This document shows positions 44,209-54,730 of a stretch of DNA of 64,000 nucleotides, piece by piece. The stretch is from Actinomycetes bacterium (GTDB taxonomy: Bacteria > Actinomycetota > Actinomycetes > Nanopelagicales > Nanopelagicaceae): the NCBI GenBank assembly GCA_037135095.1, contig JBAXKZ010000005.1:6326-70325 (forward strand). Reading direction: 5' to 3'. A program made the position numbers and the translations under genes. The stretch's first letter is position 1, and every line of letters starts with the position of its first letter. Below the pieces are notes generated by a model, which saw only the letters and a list, made by a program, of their open reading frames with translations, was not told the origin of the DNA and ran no database searches.

Positions 44209-45705
44209 ATGCGCTACATAGGTTCGCTAGATCAGGGCACGACCAGCACACGTTTCATTGTTTTTGATGAGGTTGGCGCCATCGTCAGCCAACATCAATT
44301 AGAGCACCGTCAGATCTTGCCCCGGGCCGGTTGGGTCGAACATGATGCCAGCGAAATTTGGCACGCCACCCAAGAAGTAATTCGGGTTGCCCTAGAACGA
44401 GCCAACATTTCAGGCGCCGATTTGGCAGCGGTTGGCATTACTAATCAGCGCGAAACTACTCTGGCTTGGGATCGCGAGAGCGGTATGCCGCTGCACAATG
44501 CCATTGTTTGGCAGGACACCAGGACGCAAGCTTTTCTGACCGATCTATCTCCGGAACTCCAAAGTGTGATCCGGTATAAAACTGGATTGACCATCGCCCC
44601 GTACTTTTCAGGGAGCAAGATCAATTGGTTGCTCAATAATTGTCCCGAAGTTGAACAAGCGGTGAATTCTGGGCGCGCATTGGTCGGCACAATAGATAGT
44701 TGGCTCGCTTGGAAATTGACTGGCGGTCACAATGGCGGACTTCACATCACCGATGTCACCAACGCCAGTCGAACGCTCTTGATGGATTTGGCGACGCTGC
44801 AGTGGGATCAAGAACTTTTAGACATTTTTGGGATTCCGAATTCAATTCTGCCTGCGATAAAAAGCTCCTCTGAAATCTATGGCTATACCGATGCCGCCGG
44901 TCCATTTGGTGCCGAGGTCGCGCTGGCTGGCATATTGGGCGATCAACAATCGGCGATGGTCGGACAACTTTGTTTGGAGCCAGGCGATTCCAAGACCACC
45001 TATGGAACCGGAAATTTCACCCTACAAAATACTGGCCAGCAGATTGTTCGCTCCAGCCACGGGCTACTGACCACGGTTTGCTACAAATTCGGGGATCAAC
45101 CAGCACGTTATGCGATCGAAGGCTCGGTCGCGGTAACCGGATCGGCAATTCAATGGTTGCGAGATCAGCTTGGGATTATTTCCCATGCCTCTGAAGTGGA
45201 AGCGCTCGCCGAATCGGTCAGCGATAACGGCGGGGTCTATTTCGTCCCAGCTTTCTCGGGGTTATTTGCGCCGCATTGGCGAAGCGATGCTCGAGGTGCA
45301 ATTGTGGGATTGACCCGAGCGGCGACCAAGGCTCACCTCGCCCGAGCCGCACTGGAAGCGATCTGTTACCAAACTCGAGATGTTCTAGATGCTATGGCCC
45401 AAGAGACTGGCCTTCAGCTCACCCAAATGCGGGTAGATGGCGGGATCACCGCCAACTCCTTATGTATGCAATTGCAAGCGAACATCATGGGAATCGACAT
45501 TATCCGTCCGGTAATAAGCGAAACCACGGCGCTAGGCGCCGCCTATGCCGCTGGCCTGGCCGTAGGTTATTGGTCGGGCACTGATGAACTGCGCGGACAG
45601 TGGCAGGTCGCAAAGCGTTGGCAGGCCGAACCGGCCCATCCACTGCGCGATGTTGGCTACCAGAATTGGCAAAAAGCGCTGACTCGAACCTTAGATTGGG
45701 CGTAA
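44209..45705 (+). CDS. glpK: glycerol kinase
   Basis: [19 protein letters not shown]-terminus, FGGY kinase motifs ([20 protein letters not shown]). Confidence 0.97.
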   Translation: MRYIGSLDQGTTSTRFIVFDEVGAIVSQHQLEHRQILPRAGWVEHDASEIWHATQEVIRVALERANISGADLAAVGITNQRETTLAWDRESGMPLHNAIVWQDTRTQAFLTDLSPELQSVIRYKTGLTIAPYFSGSKINWLLNNCPEVEQAVNSGRALVGTIDSWLAWKLTGGHNGGLHITDVTNASRTLLMDLATLQWDQELLDIFGIPNSILPAIKSSSEIYGYTDAAGPFGAEVALAGILGDQQSAMVGQLCLEPGDSKTTYGTGNFTLQNTGQQIVRSSHGLLTTVCYKFGDQPARYAIEGSVAVTGSAIQWLRDQLGIISHASEVEALAESVSDNGGVYFVPAFSGLFAPHWRSDARGAIVGLTRAATKAHLARAALEAICYQTRDVLDAMAQETGLQLTQMRVDGGITANSLCMQLQANIMGIDIIRPVISETTALGAAYAAGLAVGYWSGTDELRGQWQVAKRWQAEPAHPLRDVGYQNWQKALTRTLDWA

Positions 45706-45797
45706 CCGCCACTTTCTCTATCCCCTGAAATCACCTTAGAATCCCATCAGCGCTCGGAGCTGCCGAGCTAGCTTGGCTTCACGGTTGGGATGGAAAA

Positions 45798-46688
45798 ATG
45801 GGTGAGAAGAGCTTTCTCTCTTGGGTTGGTTTTAAAGGCGAAGATGCAAATGCCGCCGCCCCGACCGAAAATGCCTTGGAACGAATTCGCAACCTCGAGG
45901 CGCAATTAGCCGATTTACGGTCCCGGCGCGATATCACCAGCTTGACCAAGGAAGAGTTCGAAATCTTGGCAACGGAAACCGCCATGACCATAATCAAATC
46001 CGCCCAGGCCCGCGAAGCAAAGGCAGCGACACTGGCACAAAAAGTTTTAGGCGATAGTACAAAGAGCGCTGCCGATAACTTAGCTGCAGCTGAAACTAAA
46101 GCTCGCCAGATTTTGGCTGGCGCCGAAGCACGAGGCCGAAAATATTTGGATGCCGCCGAAGCCGAAGCTGAGTCTGTCAAGAGCGAAGCCGAACGCGAAG
46201 CCGAAGAGCTAATCAGCACCAAAAAGCGCGAAGCGCTGACCGTAACCGCCGCCGCGAAGCGCGAAGCCGAAAAACTGGTTGCCGAAGCAACCGGGGAGAT
46301 CGCCGATTACCGCACCTGGCTGAACTCGGCAATTACCGAAACCGAACGCCTCTATCGAATTCAGACCCAATCCTTGCAAGCGGCCGAGCAGGCGATTACC
46401 CAATCGCGCGCTCGCCTTGGTGGCGCCTTCGATAAATTGACTGCGCTCCAAGCCGATATCGGTGCCAACATTGATTCCACCAACCGTCCACAGGTAAAGA
46501 GTTTTGTGCATGCGGCAGAATTATCGGCAGAAGTAGCGAAAATTGATGAGCAAGTCAGCGTTCCTGAAGTTCCCTTTAAAAAGCCGGTGGCCAAGCGAAG
46601 CACCAAACGTTCTTCAACCACCAAGACAACTTCTACTCGATCGGCTTCAAGCAAGAGCGCGAAGCGAACCACCGCAAAACGTAAGTGA
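45798..46688 (+). CDS. coiled-coil protein with a basic Ser/Thr/Lys tail (hypothetical)
   Basis: 296 aa, long A/E/K/R-rich heptad-like stretches, C-terminal KRSTKRSSTTKTTSTRSASSKSAKRTTAKRK. GTGA overlap with the downstream gene. Confidence 0.5.
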   Translation: MGEKSFLSWVGFKGEDANAAAPTENALERIRNLEAQLADLRSRRDITSLTKEEFEILATETAMTIIKSAQAREAKAATLAQKVLGDSTKSAADNLAAAETKARQILAGAEARGRKYLDAAEAEAESVKSEAEREAEELISTKKREALTVTAAAKREAEKLVAEATGEIADYRTWLNSAITETERLYRIQTQSLQAAEQAITQSRARLGGAFDKLTALQADIGANIDSTNRPQVKSFVHAAELSAEVAKIDEQVSVPEVPFKKPVAKRSTKRSSTTKTTSTRSASSKSAKRTTAKRK

Positions 46689-48469
46689 CTCCCGCGGCCA
46701 CTAAGAGCCGATACATAGCGCCGATCGATGGCCTTCGTGCCATCGCCGTTGCTGCGGTAGTTCTCTATCACCTTGGCGTTGCATGGATCCCCGGCGGCTT
46801 TCTCGGCGTCGATCTCTTCTTTGTAATCTCAGGCTATGTAATAACCAGATTAATTTTAGATTCCATCGACAGTTCTAGCGCACTTGATCTAAGACAGTTT
46901 TATGCCAGCCGGGCGAAACGGCTATTGCCCGGACTTCTTTTTTTAATCTTCGGTGCAATTCTTATCAGCGCATTTTGGGCGCAAGAGGCGATGCGCCGGC
47001 TGCTTTCCGATATTCCTTATGTCCTGACGGGCACCAATAACTGGCGATTAGTGGCGGCCCATCAGGACTATTTCCAAACTATTGGGCGACCACCATTGCT
47101 TCAACACACTTGGTCGTTGGCGGTCGAAGCACAGTTCTACCTGGTTTGGCCGCTTATTTTGATTGGAATTCTGCGTTACTTTGGGAAGCGAAATATTGCC
47201 AAGGTTGCACTACTGATCGCCGCCTTTTCCGGAACTGCGCTCTTTCTTTTCTCACTTCGCGTCGACTCCTCTAGCGCCGGAAGAGTAAGTCATATTTATT
47301 TCGGAACTGATACGCATAGCCTGGGGCTTTTCCTTGGTGCTGCGCTTGCTGTTAGCTGGGTGCCGCAAAATTTGAGTTCTGGCATCAGTCAGCGTGCGCA
47401 AGATTTCGTAGATGGCATCGGAGTCTTTGGTCTGTTGGGGTTGCTAAGTACTTTTCTCTTTGTCACCGAATCCAATCCAACTTTGTATAAGTTGGCCTTT
47501 CCATTAGCCGGGATATTTGGTTGCGCCACAATCACTTCCTTAGTCCACCCCTCATCTCGCTTCGCGCCACTAATGAGTGCACGTTGGCTAATTTGGATTG
47601 GTGAGCGATCATATGGAATCTATTTATGGCACTGGGTAATTTTCCAAGTCACCAGACCTTCTGTTGATCTAGCTGGTTCGGCGCTGGCTTTAAATTGCGC
47701 CCGTATCCTGCTAGTTCTAGCGCTGGCCGATATATCTATGCGTTGGATTGAAATCCCAATCCGTCGTGGCTTGCTACAAAATTGGTTTCGCGGCATGAAA
47801 TATCGAACCCAAAAAATAAAAAATCAACAACGATTACTTGTGGCCAGCGCAGCCACAACCGTTATCGTTGTCGCAACCGTTGCAAGCGCCATCGGAGTAT
47901 CACAAGGTGACGTGAGTGCCAAGAAATTAACTGCCGCACTTAAAGCACAGAGTGAAGCTTCTCCAACTCCAACATCAACAAATCCTAAATCGGTAGTCAT
48001 CGAACCAAAAGGACTTTGGGTCACGGGTGACTCTGTAATCCTCGGAATTCGAAGCAAGTTAGAATCGCATTCACATATTGCGCTAATTAACGCACGGGTA
48101 GGTCGCCAAATTCAGGAATTGACCACCGTCGTGGCCGCAGATCGAATCCACGTTCCTGGCGCAACTGTAATTTTAGATCTGGGAAATAATAATCATTTAA
48201 CAACTGAATCGGTGGTTGCCTTATTCGAATTACTAAAAGATCAGCCGCGAATCATTTTGGTAGATACTGCGGTTCCGCGGCCATGGCGAGCGGATAACAA
48301 TCGAATCATCAAAGAGGTTATAAAACGCTATCCCCAGACCCAGTTAATTGAGTGGGAGGTAATCTCTGCTGGTCATCCAGAATTTTTTGCCCCCGATGGC
48401 GTCCATTTATCGGATGCAGGTAGCGATGTTTATGTGGCCGCGATCTTAGAAAAATTGGGCCAGAAGTAG
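46685..48469 (+). CDS. acyltransferase-3 family membrane protein with a C-terminal SGNH domain (OatA-like)
   Basis: N-terminal IDGLRAIAVAAVVLYH and about 10 TM segments, then TWSLAVEAQFY. The C-terminal soluble part carries VTGDS ... DGVH SGNH-like blocks. Confidence 0.85.
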   Translation: MTPAATKSRYIAPIDGLRAIAVAAVVLYHLGVAWIPGGFLGVDLFFVISGYVITRLILDSIDSSSALDLRQFYASRAKRLLPGLLFLIFGAILISAFWAQEAMRRLLSDIPYVLTGTNNWRLVAAHQDYFQTIGRPPLLQHTWSLAVEAQFYLVWPLILIGILRYFGKRNIAKVALLIAAFSGTALFLFSLRVDSSSAGRVSHIYFGTDTHSLGLFLGAALAVSWVPQNLSSGISQRAQDFVDGIGVFGLLGLLSTFLFVTESNPTLYKLAFPLAGIFGCATITSLVHPSSRFAPLMSARWLIWIGERSYGIYLWHWVIFQVTRPSVDLAGSALALNCARILLVLALADISMRWIEIPIRRGLLQNWFRGMKYRTQKIKNQQRLLVASAATTVIVVATVASAIGVSQGDVSAKKLTAALKAQSEASPTPTSTNPKSVVIEPKGLWVTGDSVILGIRSKLESHSHIALINARVGRQIQELTTVVAADRIHVPGATVILDLGNNNHLTTESVVALFELLKDQPRIILVDTAVPRPWRADNNRIIKEVIKRYPQTQLIEWEVISAGHPEFFAPDGVHLSDAGSDVYVAAILEKLGQK

Positions 48470-48524
48470 TTTCACTCCTGACCCAAATTCAAACCCAACT
48501 TCGCTGTTTTAACTAATGAACTGC

Positions 48525-49457
48525 CTATGCAAATTGACCTGGCAAACCAAATACTTTGCCAGCTACCGTCTGACTATCAGAGAAGACGGTTGAGATTCGG
48601 AATGAGCACCAGCCGGTTGAACCGGACTTGGTGATATCCATGGAAAGTTGAGTAGCTGGAACTGTTGAGATCAATTTCCAGGCGCCACCATTGCTTGCGA
48701 TCTCTACGTTGTAGTTGGTCAAACCATCAGTCATTGCTGGAGCCTGCCAGAAAATTGTGGCTCCTTTTGCGGTGTAGTGAGCGACGATCCCAACCGGTGC
48801 TTCGTGTGCGCCGCCAGTGGCTACTGCACTTTCAGAGGGGGTGGCCTCTGACATGGATGGGGTTGCTGATGCATCTGTTGACATTGAAGCCGAGGCGCTT
48901 GTTGAAGGAGTTGGCGATGCGGAAGCATCAGCCTTTTTGGTTGTTGAAGAGCTGCGCGCGACTACGATTAAGGCCAAAATCACAATGCCTGCGATCACTG
49001 CTACGACAACGCGGTTAGAGGAGGTTGACTTCTTTGGTGCCGCTGCCGTTGCCACTGGAGTTGGCATTGGTGCCGGAGCGGTTGAGATTACAGTTGTTGC
49101 TTTGGCTGGTACTTCTGCAGTTCCAGGAACCGGCGGAATAACAAAGCTTTCGATGCCGGCGCTTGCGGCGCGGGACTTGGGTGCTGATTTCCTAGCGGTG
49201 GCTTTTTTCGTTGCGGATTTTTTGACGGTTGCTTTCTTGGCAACGGCCTTCTTCGCAGCGCTCTTTTTTACCACGGACTTTTTAGCCGGAGCCTTTTTAG
49301 CCGGAGCCTTTTTGGCTGGAGCCTTTTTAGCAACGGCCTTCTTTGCAGCCGCCTTCTTTACTGGAGCTTTCTTGGTAGCGGCCTTTTTAACAGTGGCCTT
49401 TTTTGCGGGAGCCTTCTTGGCCACCGGCCTCTTTGCGCTCTTCTTTGCAACTGCCAC
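48525..49457 (-). CDS. membrane protein: N-terminal PAKKA-repeat (histone-H1-like) tail, one TM segment, S/T/A linker, FN3-like C-terminal domain
   Basis: About 95 aa of (A/P/V)AKKA repeats, TM segment [18 protein letters not shown], then a beta-rich ~95 aa domain (ATIFWQAP ... [15 protein letters not shown]). Confidence 0.6.
   Translation of the reverse strand: MAVAKKSAKRPVAKKAPAKKATVKKAATKKAPVKKAAAKKAVAKKAPAKKAPAKKAPAKKSVVKKSAAKKAVAKKATVKKSATKKATARKSAPKSRAASAGIESFVIPPVPGTAEVPAKATTVISTAPAPMPTPVATAAAPKKSTSSNRVVVAVIAGIVILALIVVARSSSTTKKADASASPTPSTSASASMSTDASATPSMSEATPSESAVATGGAHEAPVGIVAHYTAKGATIFWQAPAMTDGLTNYNVEIASNGGAWKLISTVPATQLSMDITKSGSTGWCSFRISTVFSDSQTVAGKVFGLPGQFA
49279..49338 (-). repeat. 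15-nt x4 near-perfect coding tandem repeat (encodes PAKKA units)
   Basis: TTTTTAGCCGGAGCC occurs twice, then TTTTTGGCTGGAGCC, then TTTTTAGCAACGGCC, read directly. Confidence 0.85.
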
Positions 49458-49541
49458 TTTTAACTCCTTGAACTCGTCGGTCGTGAAACCAGTCTAACGA
49501 TGGATGTTGCGGTAAATACTGGGCTTAGGTTACCTCAGCGG

Positions 49542-50141
49542 TTAGAGCAATTTGGTTAAATCTTCGGTAATTGCCCGAAGTGCTTGGCCCCGATGGCTAA
49601 TTCGGTCCTTTTCGCCAGCGCCAAATTCCCCAAGTGTCAGGCCAAAACCTACGGGTTGGAAGATTGGGTCATAGCCAAACCCGGCGGCACCTCGTGGTTC
49701 GGAGACAATCACGCCTTTTAATTGACCAGTTCTTATGACTTCGGTGCCATCGGGTAAGTGAAGCGCCACGGCACACTGAAAATGCGCGCCTCGCTGCGTG
49801 ATTGGGATCTGTTCAAGCTGCTGCAGGACTTTAGCGACATTGGCGCGATCATCTCCGTGCCCTCCAGCCCAGCGTGCCGAATATATCCCCGGGTCACCAT
49901 TTAACGCATCGATACAAAGCCCACTGTCATCGGCTAGCGCTGGCAGATTGGAGAAGGCGCTAACTTCTCGGGCTTTGAGCAAAGCATTCGCCTCAAAGCT
50001 ATCGCCAGTCTCCTCGACATCAGGCAAATTGGGAAAATCGTTTAGCCCTAAGACCTGAACGCCTGACACATGTTCGGCCAGTAGTCGCTCGAACTCCTTA
50101 ATCTTCCCGGGATTTCGGGTAGCCAAAACAACCTGTCTCAC
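49542..50141 (-). CDS. rdgB: non-canonical purine NTP pyrophosphatase (RdgB/HAM1)
   Basis: LATRNPGKIKEF, DDSGLCIDALNGDPGIYSAR and FGYDPIF motifs. Follows rph. Confidence 0.92.
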   Translation of the reverse strand: MRQVVLATRNPGKIKEFERLLAEHVSGVQVLGLNDFPNLPDVEETGDSFEANALLKAREVSAFSNLPALADDSGLCIDALNGDPGIYSARWAGGHGDDRANVAKVLQQLEQIPITQRGAHFQCAVALHLPDGTEVIRTGQLKGVIVSEPRGAAGFGYDPIFQPVGFGLTLGEFGAGEKDRISHRGQALRAITEDLTKLL

Positions 50142-50151
50142 CTTTGAAAAC

Positions 50152-50883
50152 TTACTCGGCGAGAGCGGCGTTTTGGAGTGCGGTTAATTGTGCGCAACCT
50201 GCGGTTCCGAGATCTAACAATTGGTTTAACAAGGTTCGATCGAAAGGCTTGCCCTCAGCGGTTCCTTGCACTTCAACAAAATTTCCATCGCCGGTGCAGA
50301 CAATATTCATATCGGTTTCAGCGGTGACATCTTCTTCGTAGCAGAGATCCAACATCGGTACGCCACCAATAATTCCAACGCTTACCGCCGCAACCGATTG
50401 GATCAACGGTTTTCTCGAAGGCAGAATTAGGCCTTTTCCTTTTGCCCAGTTGATGGCATCTGCCAATGCAACATAGGCACCAGTGATAGCCGCAGTTCGA
50501 GTGCCACCATCAGCTTGCAGGACATCGCAATCAATAACAATGGTGTTCTCGCCAAGAGCTTGCATATCAACTACCGATCGCAGTGAGCGACCGACCAAGC
50601 GCGAGATCTCTTGGGTACGACCACCTAATTTTCCTTTAACGCTTTCGCGATCTGAACGAGTATGTGTGGCTCGGGGCAACATGGCATATTCGGAAGTTAC
50701 CCATCCTTTACCGCTGCCGTGCAACCATCGCGGCACTCCAGCGGTGAATGAGGCAACGCATAGCACGCGAGTGTTTCCAAATTCAACCAATACTGAGCCT
50801 TCAGCGTTATTTAACCAAGAGCGAGTAAAACTGATTGGTCGAAGCTGATCCGCGGCTCGTCCATCGATACGTTTCTCTGACAA
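50152..50883 (-). CDS. rph: ribonuclease PH
   Basis: [24 protein letters not shown] and [10 protein letters not shown] motifs. Confidence 0.95.
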   Translation of the reverse strand: MSEKRIDGRAADQLRPISFTRSWLNNAEGSVLVEFGNTRVLCVASFTAGVPRWLHGSGKGWVTSEYAMLPRATHTRSDRESVKGKLGGRTQEISRLVGRSLRSVVDMQALGENTIVIDCDVLQADGGTRTAAITGAYVALADAINWAKGKGLILPSRKPLIQSVAAVSVGIIGGVPMLDLCYEEDVTAETDMNIVCTGDGNFVEVQGTAEGKPFDRTLLNQLLDLGTAGCAQLTALQNAALAE

Positions 50884-50903
50884 GTTAATTCTCCTCGGTT
50901 TCG

Positions 50904-51725
50904 TTAGATCTTTGAATTTACGGTAACAACTTCTGGACCCAGAAAACGCCGAGCCAAAGTACTGAAACTTTCAGTGTCGCCCGTGGCCACAAATTTATAT
51001 TCTGGTTTTTGATTTCCGCGAAGTAAGTTCTCTTCGACTAAGACTCGATAAAGATCCTTCGCAGTCTCTTCAGCACTCGAAACCAAGGTGACCTCATTGC
51101 CCATTACATAAGAGATCACACCGGTAAGTAATGGGTAATGGGTGCAACCTAAAACCAAGGTATCAACTTTTTCTGCGAGCATTGGAGCTAGATAGGATTT
51201 CGCAATTTCAGTGATCGCCGCTCCCGAAGTTTCCCCACGCTCTACATATTCCACAAATAGCGGGCAGGCGGTGGAAGAAATTTCAAGTTGTGGCGCCGCG
51301 GCGAAGGCATCCAGATAAGCACCAGATTCGATCGTGGCATTAGTGCCGATCACGCCGATCTTTCCCGAGCGAGTAGCTGAAACTGCGCGCCGAACTGCCG
51401 GCTGAATAACTTCAATCACTGGCACGGAATAACGTTCTCTGGCATCGCGGAGCATTGCCGCGCTGGCAGTATTGCAAGCAATAACTAAAGCTTTTACGCC
51501 AGCCGCTACCAACTCATCGAGAATCTCTAAGGCAAAAGAGCGAACTTCAGCGAGGGATCTGGGGCCATAGGGACCACGAGCAGTGTCACCGACATAGAGG
51601 ATTGATTCATGGGGCAACTGATCAATAATCGCTCGAGCTACCGTTAAGCCTCCGACGCCAGAATCAAAGACCCCAATTGGTGAATCGGGTCCTACTTTTA
51701 CAGGGCTTTTGGCAGCTGAACTCAC
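50904..51725 (-). CDS. murI: glutamate racemase
   Basis: [19 protein letters not shown] and GCTHYPLL (two catalytic Cys motifs). Confidence 0.93.
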   Translation of the reverse strand: MSSAAKSPVKVGPDSPIGVFDSGVGGLTVARAIIDQLPHESILYVGDTARGPYGPRSLAEVRSFALEILDELVAAGVKALVIACNTASAAMLRDARERYSVPVIEVIQPAVRRAVSATRSGKIGVIGTNATIESGAYLDAFAAAPQLEISSTACPLFVEYVERGETSGAAITEIAKSYLAPMLAEKVDTLVLGCTHYPLLTGVISYVMGNEVTLVSSAEETAKDLYRVLVEENLLRGNQKPEYKFVATGDTESFSTLARRFLGPEVVTVNSKI

Positions 51726-51748
51726 CCCCGAACTCTACCCGCTAGCGT

Positions 51749-52309
51749 TTAGTTCGCGGTAAGCAGGCCTAATAGTTGTTCTTGCAACCACCCTAACCAG
51801 TAGTAAACGGCGTACATCGGTTTTTGCGAGTCCTCGTCCGGCAAAAGCTCAAAGGTCTCGAAGCTATTGGCGTCAACTTCTAATCGAACCCCGAGCGCCA
51901 ACCGAAGATCGTTCAGAGCTTTTAGCCAAAGTTCAGAATCCAAATTGAGAATCGTTCCGCCATCGGATTTCTTATCCACGATTAAAGTTAGCTCTTCACG
52001 AATAACGCGTAAGGTGCGTTGTTTTGCGCCACGCAATTGTGGTTCGGTGTAGCGACGAAAATCCGATGCTGCTTCTGGATCGGAGTAGGCACTGGGTAAC
52101 AGGCGCTTCAAAACTGGATCCTCTGGTGTTTCAATCTCTTTTGGCATTGATAACAATTGAGCCAAAGGATCGGAATTATCAAAGTGATGGAAGAAGTCAC
52201 CCTCTCCTAGTAGCTCTAATAATTGTTCGGCTAAATTGATCAAGATCTCGGCTTCGTTCTGAGTTAAAGCGAGTGAATAATTATTTCCGGTGCGAGAAAA
52301 CTGCGACAT
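51749..52309 (-). CDS. DUF2017-like protein (ClpS-associated)
   Basis: 186 aa acidic protein immediately after clpS, the usual actinobacterial clpS-DUF2017 pairing. The family name is from memory. Confidence 0.55.
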   Translation of the reverse strand: MSQFSRTGNNYSLALTQNEAEILINLAEQLLELLGEGDFFHHFDNSDPLAQLLSMPKEIETPEDPVLKRLLPSAYSDPEAASDFRRYTEPQLRGAKQRTLRVIREELTLIVDKKSDGGTILNLDSELWLKALNDLRLALGVRLEVDANSFETFELLPDEDSQKPMYAVYYWLGWLQEQLLGLLTAN

Positions 52310-52611
52310 CAGAGTTGATCATCTCGTTGCAATGTGGCCCATAGGCCATGTTCATGAAGTTGCTGAACATCGCGTTCCATCTCTTCGCGGGAACCTGAAC
52401 TGACTACGGCGCGACCTTCGGTGTGCACTTTCATCATAAGTTCGTGGGCTTTTTCTGTGGAGAAGCCAAAGATTTTAATAAAGACAAAAGTCACATAACT
52501 CATCAGGTTTACCGGATCGTCCCAAACAATTGTAATCCAAGGTTTGTCAAAGAAGGCTTCAATGCTGACCTCTTCTTTGCTCGCTGTTTTAACCATGGTT
52601 GATTTTGGCAC
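52309..52611 (-). CDS. clpS: ATP-dependent Clp protease adaptor ClpS
   Basis: 100 aa. [20 protein letters not shown] ... [17 protein letters not shown] matches the ClpS core. Confidence 0.9.
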   Translation of the reverse strand: MPKSTMVKTASKEEVSIEAFFDKPWITIVWDDPVNLMSYVTFVFIKIFGFSTEKAHELMMKVHTEGRAVVSSGSREEMERDVQQLHEHGLWATLQRDDQL

Positions 52612-52632
52612 AAATTCCCAAGCGAGCCACTG

Positions 52633-54369
52633 TCAACGAACCAGCACAGTGAAATATGGGCCGCTCGCTGCTGCCAACTTTTGTGTTGCTACGGTGGCGA
52701 GCCGAAGTTTTACCAGGCCTGGCGTATCAAGATGCAGGATTACCGCAAAGAGACCATTCTCATCGGTTACCGCTGGACTCGATTCGGCGCCTTCTAAATT
52801 AACCGTTACACCAGGGATCTTTGGTTGAATTTCTCCGGTTATCAAATACGCGTTGCCAGACCTTATCGATGATGGTGGCGACCAAGAGATGAGCGGCTTG
52901 ATTGCAACATCTGTAACCGGGGATTGACTTGCCAATCGATCCCATGAGCCATCCGAGCTCATGCGAACCGAAGTGATTTCACCTAATACTAATGATGTAC
53001 TTAGCGATCCATCGGCCGCAGTAACCCCCGTGAAAATGGTGCGCCAATCACCCAGACTATTCTTGATCTCAAGTTTGGCGGCCAACCCTGCTACTGGTTT
53101 GGTATCAGGCAAAGTGAAGCTTCCGGTAACTGAAATTGCATCGCCGATTAGCGCAGAATTTGGTCCCGCAGTTACCGAACTTAAGATGGTGTCGGGCGCA
53201 ATTGATTTTGCAACATCGCGAATTGCGCTGATTGCCGTGGGATCTTCCATTCCAATCGTCCAAGCGGCAACGCCACCTAATCGGTATTTAGCAACCAAAC
53301 CAGCACGAACTGAATACCCCTGAGCATCTTGATACCAAGCAGTTCTGGTGGCAGTGCAAGAAGTTGCTTGCCCCAATGAGGTAACACCGTTGTAAACCTT
53401 TTGATAGGTAAAAGTAGTCTCGGCAAATTTCGGAGTGTACGTAGGAAGAACACCATAATTTGCAGCAAGAGTTGCAGCATCCCGCATTACAAATGTCGCG
53501 GCCTTTGCCTGGGGCGTGATTGCAGCAGCTACATCAACGGGACAAGTTCCTGAAACTGCCGTGATCCAATCTCGACCATAACCTGCGATTCCTACATAAA
53601 CCTCCGATGCTGGTACAACTGAGACGGCATATTGAACTGCGCTCTCGGCCCAAGTGATGGGGCCGATCGGACCAGGACTGCTTGTTGAGTAGTCATAGGT
53701 CATGATTTTTAATCGGTCGATTGACCGCGCAATAGCAGCCCAGGCATAAACGTAATAGCCCTTCTTTCCTGTTGCTGGATCGAAGAGAACTGGAGTGGTT
53801 ACTGAAAGCAATTTTCCATTTGCGTGCAAACTGGCCGAAAGATCGCTTATAAATTGAATCCAATTTGGCATGGTGCTAGCCCAAGAAGCGGTGCCATCAA
53901 CGAAAGCGAAATTTTCGAAATCCAAATCGATGCCGTCAAAATTATTGCTCATTACCAATGTTGTAATTGTGGCAACTACTTGAGCTCGGGTGGCAGCGTT
54001 TGCAATCAGGCCGGCTAGGACTCCCTTATCGGTACCATCCGTTACGGTAGGAATTATTGAGAACTTCATACTTTGCAAAGTCTGCAGCGGAACTGACATT
54101 GGAACGCTGGGATTTGCTGGGGTATATAGATCGGTGATCTTTGTAGCGCTTTTGAGGGTGTACCAAAATGGATTAACTTCTTGAATCAGATCCGAATTTG
54201 AAACCACATCCGGCAGCGAAGTTTTCATTGAATAATAAGGAAGCCAACCCGAGAAGATCTTTCGCGGCGGATTATCGGCTTGAGCAATTGGCGCTATTTG
54301 AAGTGAGAGCGCAGAAACGAGAGCAATGGCGCCAGCCAATAAGGATTGAAAGCGGCGCGGAGAGTTCAT
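52633..54369 (-). CDS. secreted glycoside hydrolase family 18 protein with C-terminal Ig-like beta domains
   Basis: Signal peptide, GH18 catalytic motif FDGIDLDFE (DxxDxDxE), and about 200 aa of beta-rich C-terminal region. Confidence 0.8.
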   Translation of the reverse strand: MNSPRRFQSLLAGAIALVSALSLQIAPIAQADNPPRKIFSGWLPYYSMKTSLPDVVSNSDLIQEVNPFWYTLKSATKITDLYTPANPSVPMSVPLQTLQSMKFSIIPTVTDGTDKGVLAGLIANAATRAQVVATITTLVMSNNFDGIDLDFENFAFVDGTASWASTMPNWIQFISDLSASLHANGKLLSVTTPVLFDPATGKKGYYVYAWAAIARSIDRLKIMTYDYSTSSPGPIGPITWAESAVQYAVSVVPASEVYVGIAGYGRDWITAVSGTCPVDVAAAITPQAKAATFVMRDAATLAANYGVLPTYTPKFAETTFTYQKVYNGVTSLGQATSCTATRTAWYQDAQGYSVRAGLVAKYRLGGVAAWTIGMEDPTAISAIRDVAKSIAPDTILSSVTAGPNSALIGDAISVTGSFTLPDTKPVAGLAAKLEIKNSLGDWRTIFTGVTAADGSLSTSLVLGEITSVRMSSDGSWDRLASQSPVTDVAIKPLISWSPPSSIRSGNAYLITGEIQPKIPGVTVNLEGAESSPAVTDENGLFAVILHLDTPGLVKLRLATVATQKLAAASGPYFTVLVR

Positions 54370-54416
54370 GATTTTTAGGGTAACGCCTCAAGCCTAGAAA
54401 GGCCTGACATTAGGAG

Positions 54417-54689
54417 TTATTCCTTCTTTAATCCTTCGTAAATGCTCTTGCAGGTGGGGCAAATCGGGAATTTTTCTGGATCGCGGCTGGGGACCCACTT
54501 TTTGCCACAGAGCGCTTTCACTGGTTTGCCCGTGACCGCTGACTCCACAATCTTCTCTTTGCGAACATAATGCGCAAAGCGTTCGTGATCACCGTTTTCA
54601 TTGGAAAGCAGCTCTTCTTCGATTAGCAGGTCGGAGAACTTCTCCTCAGTAATTTGGCCAGGCCCCGGTTTGCGCGTGAAGATGCCCAT
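54417..54689 (-). CDS. DUF3039-like small protein
   Basis: 90 aa. ERFAHYV ... ALCGKKWVPSRDPEKFPICPTCK pattern, as in actinobacterial DUF3039 (family name from memory). Confidence 0.55.
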   Translation of the reverse strand: MGIFTRKPGPGQITEEKFSDLLIEEELLSNENGDHERFAHYVRKEKIVESAVTGKPVKALCGKKWVPSRDPEKFPICPTCKSIYEGLKKE

Positions 54690-54730
54690 ATCAATAGCCT
54701 ACTAGAAGGTGCATCTGCCACACTTGCCCA

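Noticed and set aside
45779-46222. 147-aa minus-strand ORF antisense to the coiled-coil gene
   Set aside because: It is an Ala/Ser-rich mirror frame of an A/E/K-rich coding region. The plus-strand ORF is longer, is coupled to the next gene, and has heptad character.
48817-49497. 226-aa plus-strand ORF antisense to the PAKKA-repeat gene
   Set aside because: This is a mirror-image low-complexity frame ([11 protein letters not shown]...) generated by the GC-rich repeat on the opposite strand. The minus-strand product has a coherent tail-TM-domain architecture.
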